From positions 92,320,001-92,384,000 of the forward strand of contig NC_045696.1 of NCBI RefSeq assembly GCF_009834535.1: a stretch of 64,000 nt of DNA. The letters run 5' to 3'. Positions 52,646-64,000 of this stretch are shown piece by piece. The position numbers were made by a program, and so were the translations under genes. The DNA comes from Camelus ferus. Taxonomy: Eukaryota. The stretch's first letter is position 1. Every line of letters begins with the position of its first letter. The notes beneath the pieces were generated by a model. The model saw only the letters and a list, made by a program, of their open reading frames with translations, ran no database searches and had not been told where the DNA came from.

Positions 52646-53879
52646 CCAGAGCCATGGGACTGGTCTGACGTTTGCCTAACAACTTCTGGGAGGCTCCCTC
52701 CCCTCCTACCATTTTTCTCACCATCCCATGGATGCCAGACTTCTGGCTGGTGCCTTGCAGAGGTGGAATAAACTCTATGAGATTGAATCAGCAACTAATT
52801 TTCAGGAAGGTTTCTCCACCTCCCTGTTCTCACCATTTTGCTTTGAGGAAGAGAGGAAAGCCCACACCCAGGGGTGGAAGTGAAAATCACAACGGCATTC
52901 TTCACCACAAAAAAATGGCATCTTAAATAACCAAGCTGCTCTCTTCTCTGGACTAAAATCAAATATTTCTATTTGAAACACAGCAAAAGAGCTGGCACTT
53001 CTCCCCTTCCTTCTCTTCAGCCCACCTATTTCCTCCCACTTTTCCCCATACGGAGGCTCGCGAGCGCACACACACACGCACACACTCAGTGCCTTTTACG
53101 TAATCGGCTGACAAGATTGATCTTTCACTTCAATTGCTTTGATTCAAAATCTGCCCACTACTTGTGGGAGGTAAAGAACCGTGGATGAGACGTGTGCTTT
53201 AACAAAGAGGCTGTGGAAAGAAGGACCTGGGAAAGGCATCTGGTCTGAGTCTTTTCTATGTAGTCTTGACTCTCAGTAGGAAGATAAAGAGTGCTATGGA
53301 ATTCCACACAAATTCTCTTGTTTCAAACTTACAACTCAGGGATTTTTTTTTTTTTTTTTTGAACTGCCAGATTAATTCCTTCTTAACAGGACTTTGTAAC
53401 CAGACACCTTGTTCAAAAATCTGAAATGGTTCCTCCATTGCTAATAATCACCTTATTCTACATGGGTAACCCTGACATCCAAGGTACCACATCTGACTCC
53501 TCTGCCTCTACAAGATGTTCTCCCTCGCCCCTTCCCTGCCTGAACCCTCTGCCCTGTTTCATTGTTAGCACTCCATGCACAGCCTTGGGGACCAGCTGCC
53601 CCCCTCCTGCAGCAGCCTGCTCTCCTCCTCCTCCCTGCTCACATCTTGGTCCTTCTCCTTTCTCAGTATTGAACTTCACTGATCTTTCTCATGAAACCTC
53701 TCCCTGAGTCTGATGGCCCCTGGTGAATGATGGCGCCTCAAACTAGAGTCACAGGTGTTCCTTGTATCACTTAACACACGCAGCCTTTCTGTGTAGATAT
53801 CTAATCACACTCAACTGTAAACACTCAAGAGAGGACACTCGCTTTGTATCCCCAGCATTTAATATAGTGTTCCACATGT

Positions 53880-54450
53880 GTAGTCATTCATTTTCCAAGC
53901 GTGTATTGAGTAGCTGTTGTGTGCCAGGTGCCAGGTTAGACTTTGGGGTCGCTGAGATGAGCAAAATTCAAACCTCAAGCTGCTCACAGATTAATGGGGT
54001 AGATACAGATGCAAATGGGTAATAGCAATGCTATGCAATCAATAATTTTCATAACAGAGGTAAGAACCAGATGCAGTGGGGATGCTAAAGAACAAGTATG
54101 CTATATGGGGTAGAGCCAGGGAAGATTTCACAGGGAAGGTGATGCTAGAGTTGGGTCTTGGAGGATGCACAGGAGTTTGCCTGGCTAATCAAGTGAGGTA
54201 GGAGAATTCCAGGGTAGAAGGACCAGCATGGAAAATGATACAGAGGCATAAGAACCCAAGAAGTTCCAGAGTCCTCTCTCAAGTAGGTATTTCTGATAAA
54301 GCACGTGGTCAGAGATAAAGTGAGAACAAAGAGTGGTGACTGGAAAACATGATGGAAGCCAGACCATGAAGGACCTCAGGTGCCATGTTAGATAGTTTGG
54401 ATTTTATCCCCTGAGCTACTGAATGGCACTGAAGGAATCTGGGAATGACG
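53880..54450 (-). mobile_element. LINE-2 3' fragment (tail-to-tail with a forward L2 remnant at about 53700-53880)
   Basis: cattcattttccaagcgtgtattgagtagc.g.tgtgtgccagg...gaaggtgatgctagagttgggtcttggaggatg. Confidence 0.75.
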
Positions 54451-54474
54451 TTGTCATTTGAAGTTATCTAATGA

Positions 54475-55080
54475 TGACAACTACCTGACTGTCCTTCAGT
54501 GAATGAATGGTTAAAAATACTGTGAGACATCTATATGATGAACAACTACTCAGCAAGAAGAAGGAATGAGCTATTGATACACACAACAATTTGGGTGAGT
54601 CTCAAGAGAGTTATGCTGAATGGAAAAAAGCCAATCCCAAAATACTATAAACTGAATGATCCCATTTATATAATGCTCTGAAACAACAAAACTATAGAGA
54701 TGGATCACAGATTAGTGGTGGCCATGGCTTAGGGAAGAGTATGTGGATATGGCTGTAAAGAGGTAGTACGAGGGAGCCTTGTGGTGTTGAAGCAAGTCTA
54801 ATTCTTCATTGTCATTGTGGTTACACAAACGTCTACATGTGGTAAAGTTGCACAGACATAGGAACATGCACACACATGAATACATGCATAACTGGTAAAA
54901 TCTGAATAAATTCTGTGGATTGTACCAATGTCGTTGCTAGTTTTGATGTTGTGCTATAGTTATGCAAGATGTTACCACTGGAGAAAACGTGATTAAGGGT
55001 ACACAGAAATTCCCTGTACTTTTCGTGTGTGTTAGTGTGTGTGAACTCCTGTGATCTATAATTATTTCAATAAAAAATTT
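54475..55080 (+). mobile_element. Old L1MC/MD 3' end
   Basis: gaatgaatggttaaaaatactgtg...actactcagcaa...gctattgatacacac...tatgcaagatgttaccactgg...tcaataaaaa. Confidence 0.85.
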
Positions 55081-58000
55081 GAATGATGACAAAAATGGTG
55101 AAGTGGATTAACTCCAAAAACTGGAAAAACAGGAATTTTTTTTAAGTGGAATTTAAAGATTACTGCTCAGATATTCCTTCTTGTAAAGAACTCTCTTAAG
55201 AATTTCAAAGCATGTTTTATGTAACTATACAACACAAGGTTATATTGCTATAAATGTTTATGTTACAGATAAAATTTTTCTTGATGAAATTGGGTTTATT
55301 GATATTCAACTTGTTCTAGAACTAAAGTAACAATTTTAGAATGATGGGTAGCTTATCAGTACAAACGTGCTCCGTTCTGAACGACAAAATCTCTAAGATC
55401 ACGCCTAACACTAGTAGCTGGATCATTCTAAAAAGTTATGAAAAAGAAAAGAAAAGAAAAAAACACCCAACCAATCAAACAAGCAAAAACAACCAAACAA
55501 ATCTGGCTTAACTTCTGTTCTGATTGATTTAGCTTTCCTAGGATGAAGGTTCACATACAGCTATCGTGTATGGCTACAAGCGTGTATCAAACTCTAATAC
55601 AGTGTGATGAACTCTAAAAACACGTGCACAACTAAAATGAAGGCCCTCTCATGTGTTAACAAGGCACAAGGATTAAAAATATAAGAAACGCAACAGTCTT
55701 GTATTATTTACGTACAAGACAGTCCTCAAGATAAATGTTAGGTGGAATCTTGTTCTCTTGTGCTGACAGTGACATCTGAATGGCAGATTGTTCTAATGGA
55801 TTTTTTCTCATCCTCAGCCTTGAAATAATAGTTAATTTTATCCAAGATTCTTTCACAATGCTGCTGGGAAGGTAACAGGGGCTCTGAGTATTTTATTCTT
55901 GCAGAGTTCAGATGCTTCATACAAGTGTCTATTAATTCTTTCTAAAACTCCAGGTTCATGGGTTCCTGATTAATGGGTGGTAATTATAGGCTATGATATG
56001 AGCTGGGCTTTAAAAATCATAAGGTTTTAGTTGAGTAGAAAGCTTCCTACTCATTTGTCAGGGTTATAAGTAGGTCCTCAATGGCCAGGTTGCACCCTAC
56101 AGCAAGGTTAGAACCTGAAAGAAGTCCCTGGGATGGCAAATAGGTGGATAGGTGGCAGAGATGGGCACACTGACTCATGCCACAAGATGCAATCATAACC
56201 CTGGAACTGAAGCAGAGATGGTAACCTCAAAATGGATAAATGGGTTGGCAAGGGCATGACTAGCCCCCCCCCCCAAATACGGGCTTCATAGAAATGTCTC
56301 ACAATAGATAATTATTGTGTATTTGACTGTTTTCTTATTCACAGTCTGTTTTCCCAAGAATGCAAGGCCCAAACCTCGTCTGGTTTCTGTACATTTGTGT
56401 ACCCAGTTCTAATAGGTTCCTGATACAGAATAGACGCTCAGTCAATATTTGACTAAATGAATACCTCTGCACTCTGTAACACTGCTTTTTGACAATTTTT
56501 GAGTGGTCAACACTTTTATACTCTGATCAAAGCTATGAACCCTCTCCTTAGAAATACACACAAAAAGACAATATTTTTGAATTTCTGAAGGGCTCATGGT
56601 TCCCAGATTAAGCAATGCCTATGGAAATCATTTTCAAGAATGAGAGTATTATTATAAACACAATTAGCCACCAATTTTCCATTCCAGTTCCTTCAAGCAT
56701 TCTCCTTATTGTTTACCCAAGCCAATTACCTCCCCAACTTGATGGCATTATTTTTTATTTTTTGCTACTTATTAATAAATAGTCCTTACATGCACATTTT
56801 GTTTTAGTGACATCAATGACAAAGAAAAAAATAACTCAGCTAATAAAAATATTTCTGTCATTTTTTATAAAGTATATTAGTCTCTCTCCCTCCCACTTCT
56901 GTCTTTCTTTCTCCATCCCTAGGTAAGTCTTAGGGTACATTTGGCATAATCTCATCATCTCTTTCCTAAAGATCACTCTGAGTAGAATTTGAAAGAGAGA
57001 GGGGTTGAGTCACATATATACACAAAGCCACCTGCCTGTCATAGATGGAATGATTCAGAATAAGAGGGGGCGTGGAAACAAGGTAACTTGTCCAGTCACT
57101 ATCAACAACAAATAACTCCAAATATACTGAAGCCCAAAGATGGCTAGCTTCTTGACACAAAAGAGCTGTCCTTAGTTGCCAGGAATGAAAGGTGCCCGAG
57201 TGAATCTTACACACTGACCTTTTGATAAAGAGAGACAATTATCATCCAATCTGAGCCGAGCTGTCAATATTAGCAGAAAAACCTTAATGGAAATCTCTTG
57301 GCTTCATAAGACCAAACTCTTCTAATACAATGATCCATGAACAACTAGGAAACTCTGGCACAAAAGATGAAGGGTGTTACTTTTTATTTCTTCTGGTTTA
57401 CAAGAAGAAAGTTCAAGGTGCTGCTGGAGACCACAATTCAAATCACCTCTGTGATATGCCTTAACCCTAAATGTCCCGTTCCCAGGGGCCCTGTCCAGGA
57501 AGGCAGCCTCCATCTTGGCAGCGGAACCGCATGCAGAGCAGCGCCAGGCTGACGGGGCAGGGGCTGGGTGTGTACCACAAAGTAGTGATAGAAAAAGCCA
57601 ATGCACTCCAGACTGCGGTCCTAGTTACTGACCTGTCGTGGGGCCCCACTCTCCACCACGGAAATTTTGGGAAGAGCAAAGGGTCCTCGCATTGGTGACA
57701 CTTCAGGGAGTTGCCTAGGGTCCAGCTGCTTGCATTGTACTGCAGTTGGGGCAAAGAGCTTTAGCTCTGATTTTTAGTAGGTCCTCCCCTGAGCCCCATT
57801 CATGGCTTCCTTTCTTAATGGCTCAAAAATACAGCAAAACAGTGCTTGGTGTTTTTCAATGAGACATTTTCCTGTTAATTCTGCCAAGAAAGTTTTGCAA
57901 GGACAACTTTCAGAGAAAATTGGTTTGAATGCTTATTTCAGAAACTTCTCATGGGAAATATAGTCTTAGGTGTGCATGATTTTCAATGCATTAAGTTCTT

Positions 58001-58859
58001 TCTATCCTAAAACATTGTTCCTGACAGAGATGAGGGGTAGTTACATGCAAATAATAGACAAAGTCAGATCTGCAAACTAGAGTCACCAAAGCCTTTGGAA
58101 GATGCATTGTTAGCTCCTCTCTGCATATGCAAACATCTTCAGAGACTAGAAGCATGGTAGCTTTAGAGAAATCAAGTCAGGAAGACTCAGCACGAAGCAG
58201 ATACAATGAGGAGGCAGGAAGTCACATAATTGAATAATGAAATTTCTACTTGTCAAATTTAAGTCGTTCCCTGTTAAAGAGAGCATCGACTATTACCAGG
58301 AAGGTTTCCCACTCTGGAAGGCATCACAGAGGAAGAGGGAGCTTAAACATTTCTAAAGAAATCAGCAATATTACAACAATTGACTTTTCCTCCATATTTC
58401 ACAACAAGGTTTGCATTTTATTTCAAGCCGTAATTTAGATTTAAATATGTCAGGGTTCAGACTAACTTACCAGGACAGGAGTTCTTCCCTGGAACAAAAC
58501 TTCCTTAAAAGCTTACTTAGCATTTGTCACCTTGGCCTTTCAAAAGATAAATAAGAATATGGTACTAGATGGGAAACTGTTTTTAATAGTATAATCACAG
58601 AAACTACAGTCTATAATAAAATAGGACAAGCATATTTGCTCCTGAAAAGCGGTCCTGATCTCAATACCAGTTTCCAGCAGCTGTGTTATTCTCTGCGGAC
58701 TGGAATTCCTATAGCTCCTAAGGTGTTCATAACACTTCAGAATATACAAAATGGGCCACAGTTTTTAAATCCTATACACAACACAACACAGCCACCTTGG
58801 GTTTTCCACTTTCCTAAGAAGCTATTTGAGAGACGCCTGAGAATTCTAAATTAAGCAGC

Positions 58860-59920
58860 CCACCAATGAGTAAGTCACTTTTCAAAACCGCTGCACCTGT
58901 ACGGAACTGGGAAGCCCCGGGCAGAGGGAATCTGACATCCATACCTATATTTCATGCCAGTCTGCTTTGCGGTGGACTCTTTGAGAGAGATGTGGTGCTG
59001 AGGGGTGAAGGTCCCCAGGCTGCGCGCGATGATAGCAACCGTGCGGAATTTGGCCCGGGCCGCGCTCACCACATTGGGGGCGGCGGAGCTCTGCTTGCTC
59101 AGAAGTCGGTCCTCACCGTTCCGACTCTTCAAATTGTGCTCTGTGCAGGCTATGGAGACTTGCATTGCTTCCCCGGGCAGCACACAGAACCCCAGAACAC
59201 AGGCAGTCACGAGAGGTCGAGCAGCTGGGGGGTTTCTGCTCGTCTTTTAACCCCTCCTTGCTCTCCTTCCCTGGGGATGCCGGCAGAGGAGTCCTGGCCG
59301 CCGACTTCAGAACCGGGAAAGTGGCAGGAGCGGCTGCGGTGCAGGACAAAGTCCCAGGCACCGAGAGAAGTAAACAGCCAGCCCTGAAGTTGTCACAGCA
59401 GCTGGAGCGCAGATCAGGCTCGCAAATCTTCCCCGGCAGTAATCTCGGTTGATTAAACAGTCAAATCCATGCAGTCGGGAGGCTTGGGCAGACGCCTGGA
59501 GCTGAGCATTCGTGCTGACTGCACGCAGCCCAGCCAGGAGCCCGTCCGCCTTGTCTGAATGCGGGCTCGCCTCTGGGCGATGGCTCAAATCCACGCAGGC
59601 ATACCGCAAGATGCGCCGCCAGCACCCTCTGGACCACAGGCAGGATGCTCTGCTGGCGCGCGGAGCATCCCAAGCAGCAGCTAACTGCAAGCCGCTCCCC
59701 AGGGACCTGCGGTCGCCATCCACTCCAGCGGTCGGCTCCCTCCCTGCCCCACTCCGGGAGGTCGTGGGGGCTCCTCAAGACCCCTCCCCACTCATTTTGA
59801 GGCGAAAGCCTGGAGGGCTGAGTCTGTAGCGAGACGGGTTTGCAGCTGCACGGAGGAGCAGGAAGGTCCCTTTAAAAGAGCTTCTTGCCTTTGTGTGCGA
59901 GGACGGGAAGGCGAGAACCG
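58860..59920 (-). promoter_or_regulatory. KCNAB1: CpG-island-like promoter / long 5'UTR of the Kvbeta1.1 transcript
   Basis: Sharp rise in GC and CpG density relative to the flanks, over and upstream of the coding exon. TATA-like TTTTAAAG on the minus strand near 59870-59877. The TSS cannot be determined from sequence. Confidence 0.7.
58945..59165 (-). CDS. KCNAB1: First coding exon of KCNAB1 isoform Kvbeta1.1 (N-terminal inactivation 'ball' domain); 221 nt, ends in phase 2
   Basis: Minus-strand translation MQVSIACTEHNLKSRNGEDRLLSKQSSAAPNVVSAARAKFRTVAIIARSLGTFTPQHHISLKESTAKQTGMKY-R matches the recognised Kvbeta1.1 N-terminus. ATG at 59165 has G at -3. Donor TATAG|GTATGG at 58945/58944 falls where the shared core (R-NLGKSG...) begins. 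Confidence 0.97.
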
Positions 59921-62740
59921 CTCTCATCAGACTCTTCCTGTAGCAGAAGCTGGAGGGCTGCTCACAAAGAGGGGCTCTGCCCAGACTCAGACCAAATCCT
60001 GCGCAGCACAACAGTTGGAACTGGGGGAAGGCTGGATGGGGGGTGCTTCTGTCACGGAACATGCCAGTGAATTAACACGTGAATACGCTGTGACTGCTTT
60101 GCTAAAACCCAGCTTGAAATCCCTGCCATTAGTCTTACCAGGGTTTATTTCCCCTTTGCACATTATTTCTTAAGCTGATGAGTTTGAAGTTTACTGAAAA
60201 GACACCAGCGCAGACTTTTTAGAGTCAAGTCACCTAACTTGGTGCAAAATCTTTTCTGTTTCCCTAAGAAGGGTGAGGGATGGGAAAGGAAGCAGCAATT
60301 GGGTACCACCCAGAAGGGGGGTGCACTAGGTAAGCAGCAGGTCCAAGTCACCACCCAGGAAGGTCCAAGCCAGGTGGCTGGAACTATGTACACTGCCCAC
60401 TGGTCATTGATGGCCAGCTGGTGAGGACAAGCATTATCCTCAGGTTGATGGGTGAGAACAGCAAGCACCTCCACCTGCCATCTCTGAATGTTCCTGTGAG
60501 GCAGGAACATTGCGTAGTTCAGTGTCAGGTGCAAAGCAACTCCTCAATAAATGTGATTGAACCAAACTAAGCAAATTGGCTGATAACAATTTCTCTCTCT
60601 GCTTGAAATGCAAGGAAGCCAGACCTTTTTGGTTTTTTAAATAGACAGATTTACAATAAAAGTGTGGCTTCTGCAAAATCAGTTCTCTAAATGTGTAGTT
60701 CTCAACAGAAACTGCTGTCAAGCAAAAAGGAACAGTATTTAAATCAACAATATTTGTGAGCGCCATCTCTGTACTAGGCATGAGAGAGAAATATGGAGGA
60801 AAAAATGAAGCATTGTCCTTCTCAAGGAACTGGGAACCTGGATGGGAAGGCTAAAACATTGTCTTAAAGTGTCTAATTAACAATGTCAGCAGCACATCAG
60901 TGTTTGAATGAGTGGTACAGACACCAGGTACACTGAAGTTAAGCAAGGGAGTGATTACAGGAGGCTGGAGAAAGTTCTTCACTTTGATTCATTCCCTATA
61001 TGTCTGCTGAGTCCCTATGAGGTATCTGACTGCTTGTTGCTGGGATACAAAGGTGGTTTAGACAGAGGCTGGACCTCAAGCAGCTCATGGACACTCAGGG
61101 AGCTCTCATAGACTGTGGGGCTTCGCCTGGGACATGAATTTGATTAGCCAGAGAGGGAAATGTGTATCTTCCCAGAGGCTGGCTGGGGTGAGGAGAACAC
61201 ACACTCCGGCTCTGTCAGTGTGATAGGAAGAAAAAAAATAACAGTTCTGGCCACTTCTTCCCAAGTTAAGTTGTAGGAATTAAATTTTCAAGTAGAACAT
61301 GTGACTGTTTTGAATTCCATTCCAGACATGAATCGTAACACTTTATAACCTACAGATAAGGTTTAAATTACATTGTGGAACCTCATCCTCTACCCTCCAT
61401 GCCCTCCCCACATATACTGCCTGATGTTCAGTGGTTGGGAAGTAACTTGAAGAGGGGGTAAGGGTAGTGGAAAGGGACGAATGAACCTAGGATGCCTTCT
61501 TTCTACCCTCAGCTCCAAGGAAGTAGTTCCTGAAGCCGATCTCTGTTCCCAGAGATAAATAACCAGTGGGCAGAGAGGAAGCAGATCATTAGAATTTTAT
61601 TTTTTTTCACACTAAGCTAGCTCAACGGGGATGATCCATGTGAATCAGGAAACAAGTCAAATGAGAAGAGGAAGAAGTGGGAGGAATCGGAAGGAATAGC
61701 TCAGAAGACAGGGAAGATAAACAGCCTGGGAGGCAAGAAGGAGCACAGTGATCAAAATCGGGCCAGAGGGGTCAGGAGCCAGCAGCCTGGGCACTGGCTG
61801 AGGGGCGGAAGGTGGGGGAAGGCAGCTAATGGCTGAGGCTAGCTCTACAGGGAGGGGAGAGAGTGTTGAAGACACTGTTAGCTGAGTGGCTTCCAGGTTT
61901 GCCAAGAACTAGCAAAGCAACACCCGAAAGCATAACCAAAACCAGAACCAGCACTTGGTCATCAGAATAAAACATACAAGGCAGAGCGCTCCTGAGTCGC
62001 CTGTCTCCCCCACAGGACCAAGTAAAGCACTATGCAGAGCAAGCCCTCCTCACCCTATAAATAATTGAGAGAAGACAGTAAGGAAGCTTAGGGAGGAAGG
62101 GAGGAAGGAGGGGCTATGGGAAGATGCCAAAATCTTGGATAAACTTGAGTCCTTTCAAAAAAAATAATAAAGAGAAAGAAAATCCCGCAGGTTCCAGTTT
62201 CCCACAGCCTGCTCACTTCCAAATAACTGCGCGAATAACTGCCCCCACGTCTGCACCTCTTGTGTGTAGACAAGTGTCCACCTTTAGTACCTGCCTCAAA
62301 GACAGTCAAAGAGCTGAGGCCAGAGGAACACCCACAGCACAAGCCTCTCTTTCTGGCTGCCTGCAGGGCGCCTTCCCAGACCTGATGCCACTAGGATCCT
62401 GCCAGTAAGCCGGGGGCTTGGGGACTTACCCACCCCAGTGAGCTCACCTTCACCGCGTTCAGGGGGCAGAAGGTCGCAGGGGCTCAGAAATTAGATATCG
62501 GTTGGCTGTGAGAATGCTCCTTCCTCCTAAATTGGTGCTAATGGGCCACATGCTTATTAAGCTGGGGGAAATTAGATTTCAAATATGTAATTTTGGAGGA
62601 CTTGTGTGACCTTCCATTGTCACACCATAGGATTTGGAGGAGTTATCACTATTATTATGTCAGGTTCAAATAAGCCCCACAAATGATGATAAAAAATGTA
62701 GACGTTAGATGTACTACAGATGTAGATATGATGTAGCTGC

Positions 62741-63127
62741 TGCTATGGGCTGAATTGGGTTCCCCCCCCCCTCAAATTCATATTTTAAAGTCCAAACCCC
62801 CGGTACCTCAGAATGTGACTTTATTGAAGATAGGGTCTTTACAGAGGTAATGGAGGTAAAACGAGGTGGGCCCTAATCCCATATGACTGGTATTCTTATA
62901 AGATAAGGAGGTTAAAGACACACGCAGAAGGAAGATCCTATGAAGACACTGAGAGAAAGAAGCCACCCCAGGAGCAATCCAAGCAGAGAGGCCTCAGAAG
63001 AAATCAACCCGACTGACGCCTTGATCTTGGACTTCTAACCTCCAGAAATGTGAAAAAAATAAATTTCTCTTGTTTCAGCCACCCAATCTGTGGTGTTTTG
63101 TTATGACAGCCCTAACAAACTAATACA
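62741..63127 (+). mobile_element. MaLR solo LTR (MLT1A-like)
   Basis: tgctatgggctgaatt...cctcagaatgtgact...ggccctaatccc.atatgactgg...ccttgatcttggacttc...ctaacaaactaataca. Confidence 0.9.
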
Positions 63128-63894
63128 GCTATAAACATTGATGGTTATTATTTTAATTCATAAGGATTAAATTACTGGTCAAGAGAAACTACTGAAATTC
63201 TCTAAAAAATCCTCCTAAAAGTATTATTAGATCCATGATAGATATCATTACCAGGCCATGCTACACATCCTAAGCACATATTACAACTCCAAAGAAGAGT
63301 TCCAAATACAACCATTTATTCCTCTCCACAAGGTCATGAAGCCTCTCCATGGCGACTCTTGATACAAGAGATGGTGGTTTTCAAGGCACTTCTAAAACCT
63401 GTTCTTAATGACCTTCTTATTCTACCAGCTTTCCCTTTTAAGAGCTTCTTTATCCTGGGCATCCAGGATTAAGTGTCGTGAGGTGATGGAGAGAGGCCGG
63501 CACCCGCAGGCCTAGGCCCGGGCCTCAAACCCAGCTTGGTCACTTTGCCTGTGCCCTCAGGTGTCACTATCGCTCTCTACGCCCCTGCCCTTTCACCTGA
63601 AGTATGAGAGGGGGACGTATTTATTTCCAGGATCCTCTCTTGTCCTGTAAGGTTCCAGGAGGTGCTTTTTCAGAAAGATGTGGAGGTTGCAAGATTACAC
63701 AGAGTTAAATTATCACTTATTCTGCATTTGCTCCTGGATTTCAGCTGATCTCTATTCATTACTGGGTATTTGGAATTCCATAGCATTTATCAAAGGGTCA
63801 TTGGGTCATGATGACAGAGCTGGTTAGGAAGAGACCACAGGTGCTTAACTTGCATCCTACCTTCTCATGCTTGTCATAGTCTTCGTGGTAATGT

Positions 63895-64000
63895 GGGAGC
63901 ACTCAAGACTGTGGGGTCAGTTGGAGCCGGGTGTGAATCCCAGCTCTGCTCTGGGTCCTCCTTGCCGTGTGCCACTGCATGGGATGCTGAACCATCCTGT
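63895..64000 (+). mobile_element. MIR fragment
   Basis: gagcactcaagactgtggggtcag...gggtgtgaatcccagctctgc. Confidence 0.55.

Larger units (their letters stand above)
1..58944 (-). other. KCNAB1: KCNAB1 intron following the Kvbeta1.1 first exon (continues beyond window start)
   Basis: Starts at the GT donor at 58944. No sequence encoding NLGKSGLRVSCLGLG was found on the minus strand. Content is repeat-rich non-coding DNA. Confidence 0.88.

Noticed and set aside
53840..53950. Tail-to-tail L2 junction of the kind that gave rise to miR-28/miR-151-type hairpins
   Set aside because: The arms are too diverged to pair into a pre-miRNA-like stem by inspection.
55835..55855. Minus-strand GAATCTTGGA resembling the start of KCNAB1 exon 2
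   Set aside because: Only about 10 nt match, there is no pyrimidine tract, and the continuation does not encode KSGLRVSC.
59166..59210. In-frame GTG-initiated 15-aa N-terminal extension suggested by the ORF track
   Set aside because: Near-cognate codon in poor context (C at -3); the recognised protein starts at MQVS.
59307..59829. Long ORFs of 95-138 aa on both strands of the CpG island
   Set aside because: Mostly non-ATG starts, no recognisable homology, and expected in GC-rich DNA depleted of stop codons.
1..64000. Prokaryotic-style systems (CRISPR arrays, operons, defence loci) or NUMT/snRNA copies
   Set aside because: No repeat-spacer arrays, dense coding regions or recognisable mitochondrial/snRNA sequence; the window is mammalian intron.

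Overview
This is mammalian genomic DNA, very probably from a camelid, judging by five short tRNA-derived SINEs of the Vic-1 type. It lies inside KCNAB1 (voltage-gated K+ channel beta-1 subunit), which is transcribed on the minus strand. The only protein-coding sequence I can support is the alternative first coding exon of isoform Kvbeta1.1 (59165->58945; MQVSIACTEHNLKSRNGEDRLLSKQ...KQTGMKYR), set in a CpG-rich promoter/5'UTR region. Bases 1-58944 are the following intron; I did not find common exon 2 (NLGKSGLRVSCLGLG) in the window. The rest is ordinary repeat-rich intron: L1s (several with target-site duplications, TSDs), SINEs, L2, MIR, L3/CR1, MaLR/ERVL LTRs and Tigger/hAT fossils. Repeat subfamily names are from recollection of consensus sequences, not a database run. 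I see no convincing novel biological system. The best second-look items are a candidate in-phase cassette or alternative exon at about 8551-8607, a ~120-bp local duplication joined to a triple-nested L1/Tigger/SINE insertion, uORFs and a cryptic splice donor in the Kvbeta1.1 exon, and several putative intronic regulatory elements.
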